Of a DNA stretch of 58,761 bases, positions 28,177 to 36,563 are shown piece after piece (position 1 is the stretch's first letter; each line of letters starts with the position of its first letter). The DNA is taken from positions 1 through 58,761 of the forward strand of contig VRUB01000002.1 of NCBI GenBank assembly GCA_019456345.1, in the 5' to 3' direction. The position numbers and the translations under genes were made by a program. The notes below the pieces were generated by a model. The model ran no database searches and had not been told where the DNA came from. It saw only the letters and a list, made by a program, of their open reading frames with translations. Source of the DNA: Nitrospira sp. Lineage in GTDB: Bacteria; Pseudomonadota; Gammaproteobacteria; Acidiferrobacterales; SPGG2.

Positions 28177-29279
28177 CTATTTTCAAGTTACCGGACCTCG
28201 GCGAGGGGTTGCAAGAGGCGGAGATTCGCGAGTGGCATGTCTCCGTCGGCGATGAGGTCAAGGAAGATCAACCGCTGGTTTCGGTCGAAACCGATAAGGC
28301 CATCGTCGAAATCCCCAGCCCGCGCAGTGGACGCATCCAGAAGCTGAATGGAAAGCCGGGAGATATCCTCCAGGTCGGAGACTCGCTTGTCGAGTTCAAA
28401 GGCAAGGCGGGCGAGAGCGCTGACAAAGGAACCGTCGTCGGGCGCGTCGAGGTGGGTAAGGAGGTCGTCAACGAGAAAGCCACCGCGTCGGGCAAGGCGG
28501 CTATAGGTGTGAAGGCCGTGCCGGCGGTGCGTGCGCTCGCCCGGCGCCTAGACGTGGATATATCCATCGTCACCCCGAGTGGCCCCGACGGCACAGTGAC
28601 CGCCGCCGACGTTCAGCGCGCGGCCAAGGTGCTGGCCGAGGTGGGGCCGCTGGAACCGTTGCGGGGTGTGCGCCGGGCGATGGCCCGCAGCATGACGCAG
28701 GCACATGCCGAGGTCGCGGCGGTCACGGTTGTGGATGACGCCGACATTGATGCGTGGAAGGAAGGCGAGGATGCCACACTGCGATTGATTCGGGCGATCG
28801 CTACCGCGTGCAAGGCCGAGCCATCCCTGAATGCATGGTACGACAGTCAGGCGATGGGGCGGCGCGTAATCGAGAAGATCAATCTTGGCATTGCCGTCGA
28901 CACCGAAGAGGGGCTTTTCGTACCGGTGCTGCACGACGTGGGCAATCGCGATGCCGCCGATCTGCGCAAGGGGCTGGATGCGCTCAAGCGAGATATCAAG
29001 GCGCGTACCGTGCCGCCGGAGGAGCTGCGCGGTTACACGATTACGCTGTCCAACTTCGGGACCTTCGGTGGCCGCTACGCGGATCCCGTTGTGATGCCGC
29101 CCACCGTCGCCATCCTGGGCGCCGGTCATATTCGGGCCGAGGTTGTGGTCGTCGATGACAAGCCCGCGGTTCATAGAATCCTTCCGCTTTCGCTGAGCTT
29201 CGATCACCGCGCGCTCACGGGGGGAGAGGCCACGCGTTTCTTGATGGCCGTTATCAAGGATCTGCAATTAGCCGATTGA
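28173..29279 (+). CDS. bkdB: Dihydrolipoamide branched-chain acyltransferase (E2)
   Basis: Lipoyl domain with VETDKA, an E3-binding domain (AVPAVRALARRL) and a catalytic SFDHRALTGGEA motif. ATGA overlap with E1 beta. Confidence 0.93.
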   Translation: MTIFKLPDLGEGLQEAEIREWHVSVGDEVKEDQPLVSVETDKAIVEIPSPRSGRIQKLNGKPGDILQVGDSLVEFKGKAGESADKGTVVGRVEVGKEVVNEKATASGKAAIGVKAVPAVRALARRLDVDISIVTPSGPDGTVTAADVQRAAKVLAEVGPLEPLRGVRRAMARSMTQAHAEVAAVTVVDDADIDAWKEGEDATLRLIRAIATACKAEPSLNAWYDSQAMGRRVIEKINLGIAVDTEEGLFVPVLHDVGNRDAADLRKGLDALKRDIKARTVPPEELRGYTITLSNFGTFGGRYADPVVMPPTVAILGAGHIRAEVVVVDDKPAVHRILPLSLSFDHRALTGGEATRFLMAVIKDLQLAD

Positions 29280-29377
29280 CGCGTATATCATGCGAGCGGT
29301 GCTGGAGCTCCGTCCGCTGACGGGTCGCTCGGCGCGCCAATAGGCTAGAGCGTGTGTTCCGGCTGCGAGATAAAGGC

Positions 29378-30985
29378 ATGGCCATCATAAAGTCCAAGAT
29401 TGACACCTCATCGCCCCAGTTCGCACAAAACGCAGCGAACATGCAATCGCTGGTGAATAACCTGAAAGCGATGCTGGAGCGCGTGACCGCGGGCGGACCG
29501 GGCAAGGCACGCGAAAAGCACCTCAAGCGCGGCAAGCTGCTGGTGCGCGATCGCATCAAGATTCTACTTGACAAAGACAGTCCGTTTGTCGAGTTTTCGG
29601 CGCTCGCCGCCAACGATATGTACGACGATGACGTTCCGAGTGCCGGTATCGTTACGGGGGTCGGCCGCGTGCACGGGCAGGAGGTCGTCATTGTCGCCAA
29701 CGACGCGACGGTCAAAGGCGGGACCTACTATCCCATCACAGTCAAGAAGCACCTGCGGGCGCAGGAGATCGCGCGCCAAAACCGCCTGCCCTGCATTTAT
29801 CTGGTCGATTCGGGCGGCGCGTTTCTCCCGCTGCAAGATGAGGTATTCCCGGACCGCGACCACTTCGGGCGCATTTTTTACAACCAGGCCACGCTTTCGG
29901 CCATGGGCATACCCCAGATTGCGGTGGTGATGGGGTCATGCACGGCGGGTGGCGCCTACGTGCCGGCGATGGCCGATGAGACGATCATCGTCAAGAACCA
30001 GGGCACGATATTCCTCGGCGGGCCACCACTGGTGAAGGCCGCCACCGGCGAGGTGGTCGATGTGGAGCAGCTTGGCGGCGGTGACGTCCACACGCGGCTA
30101 TCCGGGGTGGCCGATCATCTGGCTGACGACGATGCTCACGCACTGCAGCTCGCGCGCGACATCGTGGCTAACCTGAATTACTACAAGGTGGGCAGTCTGC
30201 AGACTAAGCCCGCAGTCGAACCGAAGTATCCCGCCGAGGAGATTTATGGTGTGATCCCGCGCGACGCACGCTACCAGTACAATGCCCGCGAGATCATCGC
30301 ACGCATCGTCGACGGCTCGGAGTTGCACGAGTTCAAGGCGCGCTATGGAAAGACACTGGTGTGTGGCTTTGGCCATTTGCACGGTTTTCCGGTCGGTATC
30401 ATCGCCAACAACGGCGTGCTGTTCTCCGAGTCCGCGCTGAAAGGGACTCATTTCATTCAGCTCTGTGACCGACGCCGTATACCGATCGTATTCTTGCAGA
30501 ACATCGCCGGTTTCATGGTTGGCACCAAGTTCGAGAACGAGGGTATTTCCAAGGACGGCGCTAAGATGGTGACCGCGGTGGCGTGCTCGCGGGTGCCGAA
30601 GTTTACCGTGATCGTCGGGGGTTCGTTCGGCGCCGGCAACTATGCGATGTGCGGCCGTGCCTACGGACCGCGGCAGCTGTGGATGTGGCCGAACGCGCGC
30701 ATTTCCGTGATGGGTGGCGAAACGGTCGCCACGGTGCTGTCGATCGTGAAACGCGACAGCATGGCCGCACGCGGCGAGCAATGGGGCGGCGAGGAGGAAG
30801 AGGTGTACAAGGAGGAATTGCGCAAGCAGTATGACATTCAGGGTCATCCTTATTACGCAACGGCCCGCCTGTGGGACGATGGCGTCATTGATCCGGTCGA
30901 CACGCGAAAGGTATTGGCCATCGGGATTGCCGCGGCCTTGAACGCGCCGATCGAGAAGACAGACTATGGTGTATTTCGTATGTAA
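29378..30985 (+). CDS. liuB: Methylcrotonyl-CoA carboxylase beta (carboxyltransferase) subunit
   Basis: 535 aa from ATG 29378. The N-terminus (SKIDTSS..F..N...M..LV..L) and carboxyltransferase blocks are typical of MCC-beta/LiuB. Confidence 0.92.
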   Translation: MAIIKSKIDTSSPQFAQNAANMQSLVNNLKAMLERVTAGGPGKAREKHLKRGKLLVRDRIKILLDKDSPFVEFSALAANDMYDDDVPSAGIVTGVGRVHGQEVVIVANDATVKGGTYYPITVKKHLRAQEIARQNRLPCIYLVDSGGAFLPLQDEVFPDRDHFGRIFYNQATLSAMGIPQIAVVMGSCTAGGAYVPAMADETIIVKNQGTIFLGGPPLVKAATGEVVDVEQLGGGDVHTRLSGVADHLADDDAHALQLARDIVANLNYYKVGSLQTKPAVEPKYPAEEIYGVIPRDARYQYNAREIIARIVDGSELHEFKARYGKTLVCGFGHLHGFPVGIIANNGVLFSESALKGTHFIQLCDRRRIPIVFLQNIAGFMVGTKFENEGISKDGAKMVTAVACSRVPKFTVIVGGSFGAGNYAMCGRAYGPRQLWMWPNARISVMGGETVATVLSIVKRDSMAARGEQWGGEEEEVYKEELRKQYDIQGHPYYATARLWDDGVIDPVDTRKVLAIGIAAALNAPIEKTDYGVFRM

Positions 30986-31002
30986 AACCGAGTTCCAAAT
31001 AG

Positions 31003-31068
31003 CAAGTGGCAAGTAGCAAGGATAAAAATACACATAACCGGCACCCTGTTTGTATTCCTTGCCACTTG
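31003..31068. repeat. Intra-operon hairpin/palindromic unit (GCAAG-word type) between liuB and liuC
   Basis: CAAGTGGCAAG (31003-31013) pairs with CTTGCCACTTG (31058-31068). Inner AATACA/TGTATT pairing. Tandem words AGCAAGT-GGCAAGT-AGCAAGG. Confidence 0.5.
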
Positions 31069-31103
31069 AAACGCGACGCTGGCTACTGTTTCGTAAACTG
31101 ACC

Positions 31104-31877
31104 ATGTCTGACACCTTACGTGTAAACACCGATGACCGGGGCGTGACCACGCTGACGCTGAACCGTCCCGAGCGGCACAACGCGTTCGATGACAAGCTGA
31201 TAAACACACTGCTCGCCACGTTACAACAGATCGAGCAGGACCCGGCTGCACGCGTGGTGGTGTTAACGGGTGCGGGCAAGTCGTTTTCCAGTGGCGCGGA
31301 TCTGGCATGGATGCGCGCCATGGCCAGCTACGATGAGAAAACCAATCGCGAGGATGCCCAACGCCTGGCCAGGCTGATGGAGGTCTTGAACAACCTGGCC
31401 AAACCGGTAGTGGCTCGGGTAAACGGGTCGGCATACGGCGGCGCCGTGGGTCTGATCGCGTGTTGTGACATCGTGATCGCAAGTGAGCACGCCGAGTTTG
31501 CGCTTACGGAAGTACGCCTCGGGCTTGCGCCCGCGGTAATATCGCCATACGTGATCGCGGCTATCGGCGCGCGGCAGGCGCGGCGGTTGTTCCTGAATGC
31601 CGAGCGCATTTCCAGTGATGAAGCGCGCCGGATCGGACTGGTACACGAGGTTGCGAGCGACGAGGCGCTGACCGCGGCGGTGGACAAGCATGTGCACTAC
31701 CTGTTGAAGGCGGGTCCGAACGCGCTCGCGCAGTGCAAGCGTCTGGTGTTGGAGCAGACGCCTGGTATATCGACCGAGGATACAGTTGATCTGATTGCGC
31801 GGCTTCGCGTGTCAGCGGAAGGCCAGGAAGGCATGGCCGCGTTCTTCGAGAAGCGCAAGCCGAGCTGGACCAAGTAG
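31104..31877 (+). CDS. liuC: Enoyl-CoA hydratase family, probable methylglutaconyl-CoA hydratase
   Basis: 257 aa from ATG 31104. Crotonase blocks LNRPE..NAF and GAGKSFSSGADL. Position between liuB and the HMG-CoA lyase gene. Confidence 0.88.
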   Translation: MSDTLRVNTDDRGVTTLTLNRPERHNAFDDKLINTLLATLQQIEQDPAARVVVLTGAGKSFSSGADLAWMRAMASYDEKTNREDAQRLARLMEVLNNLAKPVVARVNGSAYGGAVGLIACCDIVIASEHAEFALTEVRLGLAPAVISPYVIAAIGARQARRLFLNAERISSDEARRIGLVHEVASDEALTAAVDKHVHYLLKAGPNALAQCKRLVLEQTPGISTEDTVDLIARLRVSAEGQEGMAAFFEKRKPSWTK

Positions 31878-31884
31878 CATCGTC

Positions 31885-32781
31885 ATGCCGAGCTATCCGC
31901 AGCGCGTCAAGGTGGTAGAGGTCGGCCCGCGCGATGGGCTGCAGAACGAACCCACGCCCATCGACACCGATACCAAGGTCGAGTTTATCAATCGCCTGAG
32001 CGATACGGGACTATCCGTCATCGAGGCGACCAGCTTTGTCAGCCCGAAGTGGGTGCCGCAGCTTGCCGATGCGGATGAAGTCATGGCGCGCATCACGCGC
32101 AAGACAGATGTGTCCTACCCTGTGCTCGTGCCCAATATCAAGGGGTTGGAGCGCGCGTTCGCGGCCGGGGTTAAAGAGATCGCGGTGTTTTCAGCGGCGT
32201 CCGAGGCCTTTTCGCAAAAGAATACGAACTGCTCCATCGACGAGTCGATCGAACGCTTTCGTCCCGCGATCGCCCGGGCCCAGGAAGAGGGTGTGCGGGT
32301 GCGGGGTTACATCTCTTGTGTGCTCGGCTGCCCCTACGAGGGCGCTGTCGATCCGCAGCGCGTCGCCGCAGTCGCAAGACAACTGTACGGGCTCGGTTGC
32401 TACGAAATATCCCTCGGCGATACCATCGGCATCAGTACGCCGCTGCAAGCAAGAGACCTGGTCGCGACAGTCGCTCGCGTTGTGCCGATAGAGCACGTGG
32501 CGGTGCACTTTCATGACACACGCGGGCAGGCACTGGCGAATATCCTTGCCTGTCTCGAGCTCGGTGTGTCGGTGGTCGATTCGTCGGTCGGCGGTCTTGG
32601 TGGTTGTCCCTATGCCAGCGGCGCGACCGGCAACGTCGCGACAGAGGATGTACTTTATATGTTGCACGGCATGGATATCGAGACGGGTGTCGATATGGAT
32701 CGGCTCATCGAGGTGGGACGCTTTATCAGTACCAGGCTCGGCCGCGAAACGCAGAGCAGAGTAGCGCGGGCGAAAGGGTAG
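31885..32781 (+). CDS. liuE: Hydroxymethylglutaryl-CoA lyase
   Basis: 298 aa from ATG 31885. VEVGPRDGLQNE, HFHDTRGQALAN and GGLGGCPYA.GA.GNV.TED are HMGL signatures. Confidence 0.93.
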   Translation: MPSYPQRVKVVEVGPRDGLQNEPTPIDTDTKVEFINRLSDTGLSVIEATSFVSPKWVPQLADADEVMARITRKTDVSYPVLVPNIKGLERAFAAGVKEIAVFSAASEAFSQKNTNCSIDESIERFRPAIARAQEEGVRVRGYISCVLGCPYEGAVDPQRVAAVARQLYGLGCYEISLGDTIGISTPLQARDLVATVARVVPIEHVAVHFHDTRGQALANILACLELGVSVVDSSVGGLGGCPYASGATGNVATEDVLYMLHGMDIETGVDMDRLIEVGRFISTRLGRETQSRVARAKG

Positions 32782-32850
32782 CCGTTAAACTCGCTGGTGC
32801 CACCGTGCGGCTCCGGCGTTCCGCCCGCGCCCTGGGCCCGCGCGACGGCA

Positions 32851-33118
32851 CTTTCTGCGCTATGCTGTCCTGCATCGCGCGAAAGCCCAGGGCTTGCCAT
32901 CCGTGGCAAGCCCGTTCGCCGGGACGACGGTCCACTGGACCTTCGTCTTTGTCCGGCTCACCCCTGTGCCGGCGCGCGGGCGGGGCTTTCATCGCTGCGC
33001 TTTCCTGCTACGCTCGAAAGCCCGGGGCGCGCCGTCCGTGGCGCGCCCGCTCGGCGGGACGGCGATTCACTGGATCGCCGTCTGGGTCCGCCTCGCCCTG
33101 CCCTCGCCCCGTTGGGCC
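32851..33118 (+). repeat. Family-1 REP-like two-hairpin element, two tandem copies (A 32851-32983, B 32984-33118)
   Basis: Copies A and B align over ~130 bp. Each has hairpin 1 (A: GGGCTTGCCA-tccg-TGGCAAGCCC; B: GGGCGCGCC-gtccgt-GGCGCGCCC). Each also has hairpin 2 with a conserved YCACTGG centre. A third copy lies at 44884-45000. Confidence 0.8.
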
Positions 33119-33194
33119 TTTTCCAGGGTGCAGGCGGGGCTCCACGAGTCGCCTTACACTGACACCAGCGAGCACATTGGAGGATGAGAGCGAC

Positions 33195-34184
33195 ATGACC
33201 ACATTCCGCGCTTTTCGCATTCACGACGATAAAGGTCAGGCCGGTATCGAGCAGGTGAGCCTTGATGATCTTTCGTCCGGTGAGGTCGTGATCAAGGCCG
33301 CCTACTCGGACATCAATTATAAAGATGCACTGGCAGCGACCGGCAAGGGAAAGATTCTGCGCAAGTATCCCCTGATCGGTGGCATCGATGTATCCGGCAT
33401 CGTCGTATCATCGAGCACGGGGGCGGTGCACGAGGGGGACGAGGTGCTCGTTACCGGACATGGGTTGAGCGAGGATCACGACGGGGGCTACGCGGAGTAC
33501 GTGCGCGTTCCCGCGAACTGGGTCGTGCCGCTGCCCGACGGGATGACGCCATTCGACGCGATGGCGCTGGGCACCGCCGGCTTCACGGCGGGCCTTGCCA
33601 TTTACCAGATGGAACACAACGCGCAGACGCCCGATCGCGGGCCGATCGCGGTTAACGGCGCGACCGGAGGGGTCGGCAGCCTGGCGATCGATATGCTCGC
33701 TGGCCTTGGTTATCAAGTGATTGCTATTACCGGCAAGACGGAAGCGCACGATTATCTCAAAGTGCTGGGCGCCAGCGAAATCCGCGTTCGGCAGGAGCTG
33801 GATATGGGCAAGCGCCCGTTGGAAAAAGCGCTGTGGGGGGGCGCCATCGACAACCTGGGGGGCGAGATGCTCGCGTGGCTGACGCGTACCGTCGAGCCGC
33901 TGGGCAATATCGCGTCGATCGGCCTCGCTGCCGGATATGAGCTACACACGACCGTGATGCCTTTTATTCTGCGTGGTGTGAATCTGCTCGGCATCAACTC
34001 GAGCTATTGTCCGCGCGATCTCCGCCTGCATATATGGAAAAGGCTTGCCGGTGATATGCGGCCGCGGCACTTCGACAAGATCGTCACGAACACCGTCTCG
34101 CTCGGTGAAATGTCACCAGTATTCGAAAACCTGGTGGCGGGCACAGCCACCGGGCGAACAGTTGTAAAAATCGGAGTTTCGTGA
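33195..34184 (+). CDS. YhdH/AcuI-type MDR NADPH-dependent oxidoreductase (acrylyl-CoA reductase-like)
   Basis: 329 aa from ATG 33195, behind GGAGGA. The N-terminus (F.A.R......V..V.L.DL..GEV.IK...S.INYKD.LA..G) is typical of YhdH/AcuI. The upstream 197 aa of the 526-aa ORF is read-through of the REP copies. Confidence 0.9.
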   Translation: MTTFRAFRIHDDKGQAGIEQVSLDDLSSGEVVIKAAYSDINYKDALAATGKGKILRKYPLIGGIDVSGIVVSSSTGAVHEGDEVLVTGHGLSEDHDGGYAEYVRVPANWVVPLPDGMTPFDAMALGTAGFTAGLAIYQMEHNAQTPDRGPIAVNGATGGVGSLAIDMLAGLGYQVIAITGKTEAHDYLKVLGASEIRVRQELDMGKRPLEKALWGGAIDNLGGEMLAWLTRTVEPLGNIASIGLAAGYELHTTVMPFILRGVNLLGINSSYCPRDLRLHIWKRLAGDMRPRHFDKIVTNTVSLGEMSPVFENLVAGTATGRTVVKIGVS

Positions 34185-34425
34185 GCGAACTGTGTGTTGC
34201 ACAGCACGTGAGGTTGCCAAGAAGTTAACGGTGGCGGCGAGAGCCGACTTGCGGAACGCGCTGATGCCACAGGAATAGCCCCCGCATGGGGGACGCGGAC
34301 AGGATGTTGCGTCCGCCCGCCGGAGCAGGGAAGACCCGTCGGGCGGCTCCGGGGAAAAAGGCGAAAAAGCGCAGCTCCAGAGCCGAGCCGGTGCCACCGG
34401 CAACTTCCGATAAGTTTGGCAAATT

Positions 34426-34869
34426 ATGACCTCACACTCGCCTAAGAAAGGTCGACCCGAAACCCGCAAGGTAGTGACGGCATTCCTCGAGCACGATGGA
34501 AAGATCCTGATCGTGCGCCGCAGCCAAAGGGTGGGGACTTACCAGGGTCGCTGGTCGGGGATTAGCGGATATCTCGAGCACCAGCCGCTCGAGCAGGCGC
34601 TGATAGAAATTCGCGAGGAGACGGGGCTCGGCGATAACGATGTGGAGCTTGTCCGGCAGGCGGCACCGCTCGAGATCCTCGATCAGGAGCGCAATGCGCG
34701 CTGGCTGGTGCATCCTTTTCTGTTTCGCGTGAAGCGCCCGGATGCGATTCGGCTCGACTGGGAAAATCTCGAACTGCGCTGGATCGCACCCGCGGAGCTC
34801 GACAACTATCCGACCGTACCGGCACTCAAAAAAACGCTGGCACGCTGCCTGGGTGATGCAGACGCATGA
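34426..34869 (+). CDS. NUDIX hydrolase (atypical Nudix box)
   Basis: 147 aa. Nudix-like box GISGYLEHQPLEQALIEIREETGL. The stop overlaps the start of the next gene (ATGA at 34866-34869). Confidence 0.85.
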   Translation: MTSHSPKKGRPETRKVVTAFLEHDGKILIVRRSQRVGTYQGRWSGISGYLEHQPLEQALIEIREETGLGDNDVELVRQAAPLEILDQERNARWLVHPFLFRVKRPDAIRLDWENLELRWIAPAELDNYPTVPALKKTLARCLGDADA

Positions 34870-35747
34870 CAGCGGGCAACTTAGTGCAGGCAATCCGCGA
34901 TGATCGCGAGCACGGGGCGAGTGAGCTGGCGCGCCAGTGTCTCGACGGACTGGCTGATTACGCCCGCACTATCCAGGTGACTGATGCACTGGTTCTGAAA
35001 GCAGGGCTCATCGGGCTCGCCCGTCGGCTCCAACAGGCCCGGCCGGCCATGGCGCCAATCACTAATCTTCTGGCCAACTGGCTTGCTGCATTTGAGCGCT
35101 CATCCGCTGATACACCGGAAGATATTCGTAACGCTGCCACCAAAGCAGCAGAAGCACTGATTCAGGAATCAAAGGAGGCCTTGTCCAAGGCGGCGGCAAA
35201 TGCGGTTAACCTTATAGGTACCGGCAAAACCATCATTACCCACAGCCTGAGCTCAACGGTCTTCGCGGTGTTCGAGGCGCTGGCACCCCGAGTCAGGGCC
35301 ATCGTCACGGAGTCGCGGCCACCGGGAGAAGGACGGCGGCTGGCAGCGAAGCTCTCAGCCCTCGGCATCACCGTGGAGTTCATCAGCGACCAGCAGATGG
35401 GTATTTTTGTTCAAAACGCCGACGTGGCGTTGGTGGGGGCGGACACCATCGCCTCGGAGGGGACCGTCATCAACAAGGCCGGTACCTATCTGCTCGCGCT
35501 CGCTGCGCGCGACCGCGGCATTCCTTTTTATGTTTGTTTTGAGAGCTTCAAGTGCTCGAAGTTGGCCCCCGCAGCGATCCCTCTCGAGCATAACGACCCC
35601 GCGGAGTTCGATCCTCCGGAACTCCCGCACGTCGAAGCACATAATGTTTATTTCGACGTGACTCCGTCAAAACTGGTAACAGCTTGGATAACAGAAGCAA
35701 GAGTATTCAACGAACGAGCGGCGCTCGCACGATTGACGAGCGCATAA
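34866..35747 (+). CDS. eIF-2B alpha/beta/delta-like family protein (MtnA / ribose-1,5-bisphosphate isomerase superfamily)
   Basis: 293 aa. C-terminal Rossmann-like blocks IITHSLSSTV, VTESRP..EG, ADVALVGAD.I...G.VINK.GTY..AL.A and IPFYV are typical of the IF-2B family. Confidence 0.85.
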   Translation: MTAGNLVQAIRDDREHGASELARQCLDGLADYARTIQVTDALVLKAGLIGLARRLQQARPAMAPITNLLANWLAAFERSSADTPEDIRNAATKAAEALIQESKEALSKAAANAVNLIGTGKTIITHSLSSTVFAVFEALAPRVRAIVTESRPPGEGRRLAAKLSALGITVEFISDQQMGIFVQNADVALVGADTIASEGTVINKAGTYLLALAARDRGIPFYVCFESFKCSKLAPAAIPLEHNDPAEFDPPELPHVEAHNVYFDVTPSKLVTAWITEARVFNERAALARLTSA

Positions 35748-36049
35748 GCTTAGCCGGGTTGCATCGCCTCGCCACCCCTCCTTCATCGCAGTTTGAGACG
35801 TCTGATGCCGGGCACGCGATCGCAGCCCGGATCGAAGGCAACCATGCGAATCTCTCACCGACGGCCGACTTCAATAGCGTCATGCCCACGGTATTGCTAG
35901 CGATTAGCGGCGAGAAATCAGCGTGACGTGATAAAATTTAGTTCTGCCTGCTACTGGGCAGCTCGATGAAACTCAAAAAATTTGTCACGGCAAGAATCGA
36001 CAATCCCTTGCCCCATCTTTATATTAACCCATCCTAACAGGAGGAACCC

Positions 36050-36301
36050 ATGGATATCACAAGCCTCGTAATATTCCTTGTAATAGGAGCGCTCGCCGGA
36101 TGGATCGCCGGAACGATCATGAAGGGCCGGGGCTTCGGCCTGCTGGGAAATGTTGTCGTTGGTATTGTCGGGGCGATAATGGGCGGTGTCGTCTTCGGTG
36201 CGCTCGATATCGCAATGGGCGGATTAATAGGTTCGCTGATAACTGCTGTCGTCGGCGCAGTGGTATTGTTATTTGTCGCTGGCCTTATTAAGAAGGCTTG
36301 A
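36050..36301 (+). CDS. GlsB/YeaQ/YmgE family stress-response membrane protein
   Basis: 83 aa. Gly-rich TM protein with the family-typical GALAGWIAG...G.G.LGN..VGIVGA..GG. AGGAGG SD upstream. Confidence 0.9.
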   Translation: MDITSLVIFLVIGALAGWIAGTIMKGRGFGLLGNVVVGIVGAIMGGVVFGALDIAMGGLIGSLITAVVGAVVLLFVAGLIKKA

Positions 36302-36563
36302 TATAACCGCGACTGCCCTGAAGCCTCAGCAAGACTCTTCGCAAAAAAGAAAAACCGATGAGGAAGAAATTTGAGTCGATGCTTTTGTTGTCGTCCTTTA
36401 GACCGGCGTTGGAAATGGGATGATAGCGGTATGAGAACCTCAGGAACGAGTAACCCTAATGTCAGGGCCACCTTATTCATGGCCGGGTAGCAATAACGTG
36501 TTGGGCGCCAATGCAGGCATGATATAACAACAGGCTGCGTCCGCGCGGGGAGGCTCGAAGCGG

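Noticed and set aside
30098-31321. 407-aa ORF antisense to liuB/liuC
   Set aside because: It lies opposite a confidently identified carboxyltransferase, spans the repeat-containing spacer, and has no family resemblance.
32604-33194. N-terminal 197 aa of the 526-aa ORF 32604-34184
   Set aside because: This part overlaps the 3' end of liuE in another frame, then reads straight through the two tandem REP-like copies. The reductase homology starts at ATG 33195, which has a GGAGGA SD.
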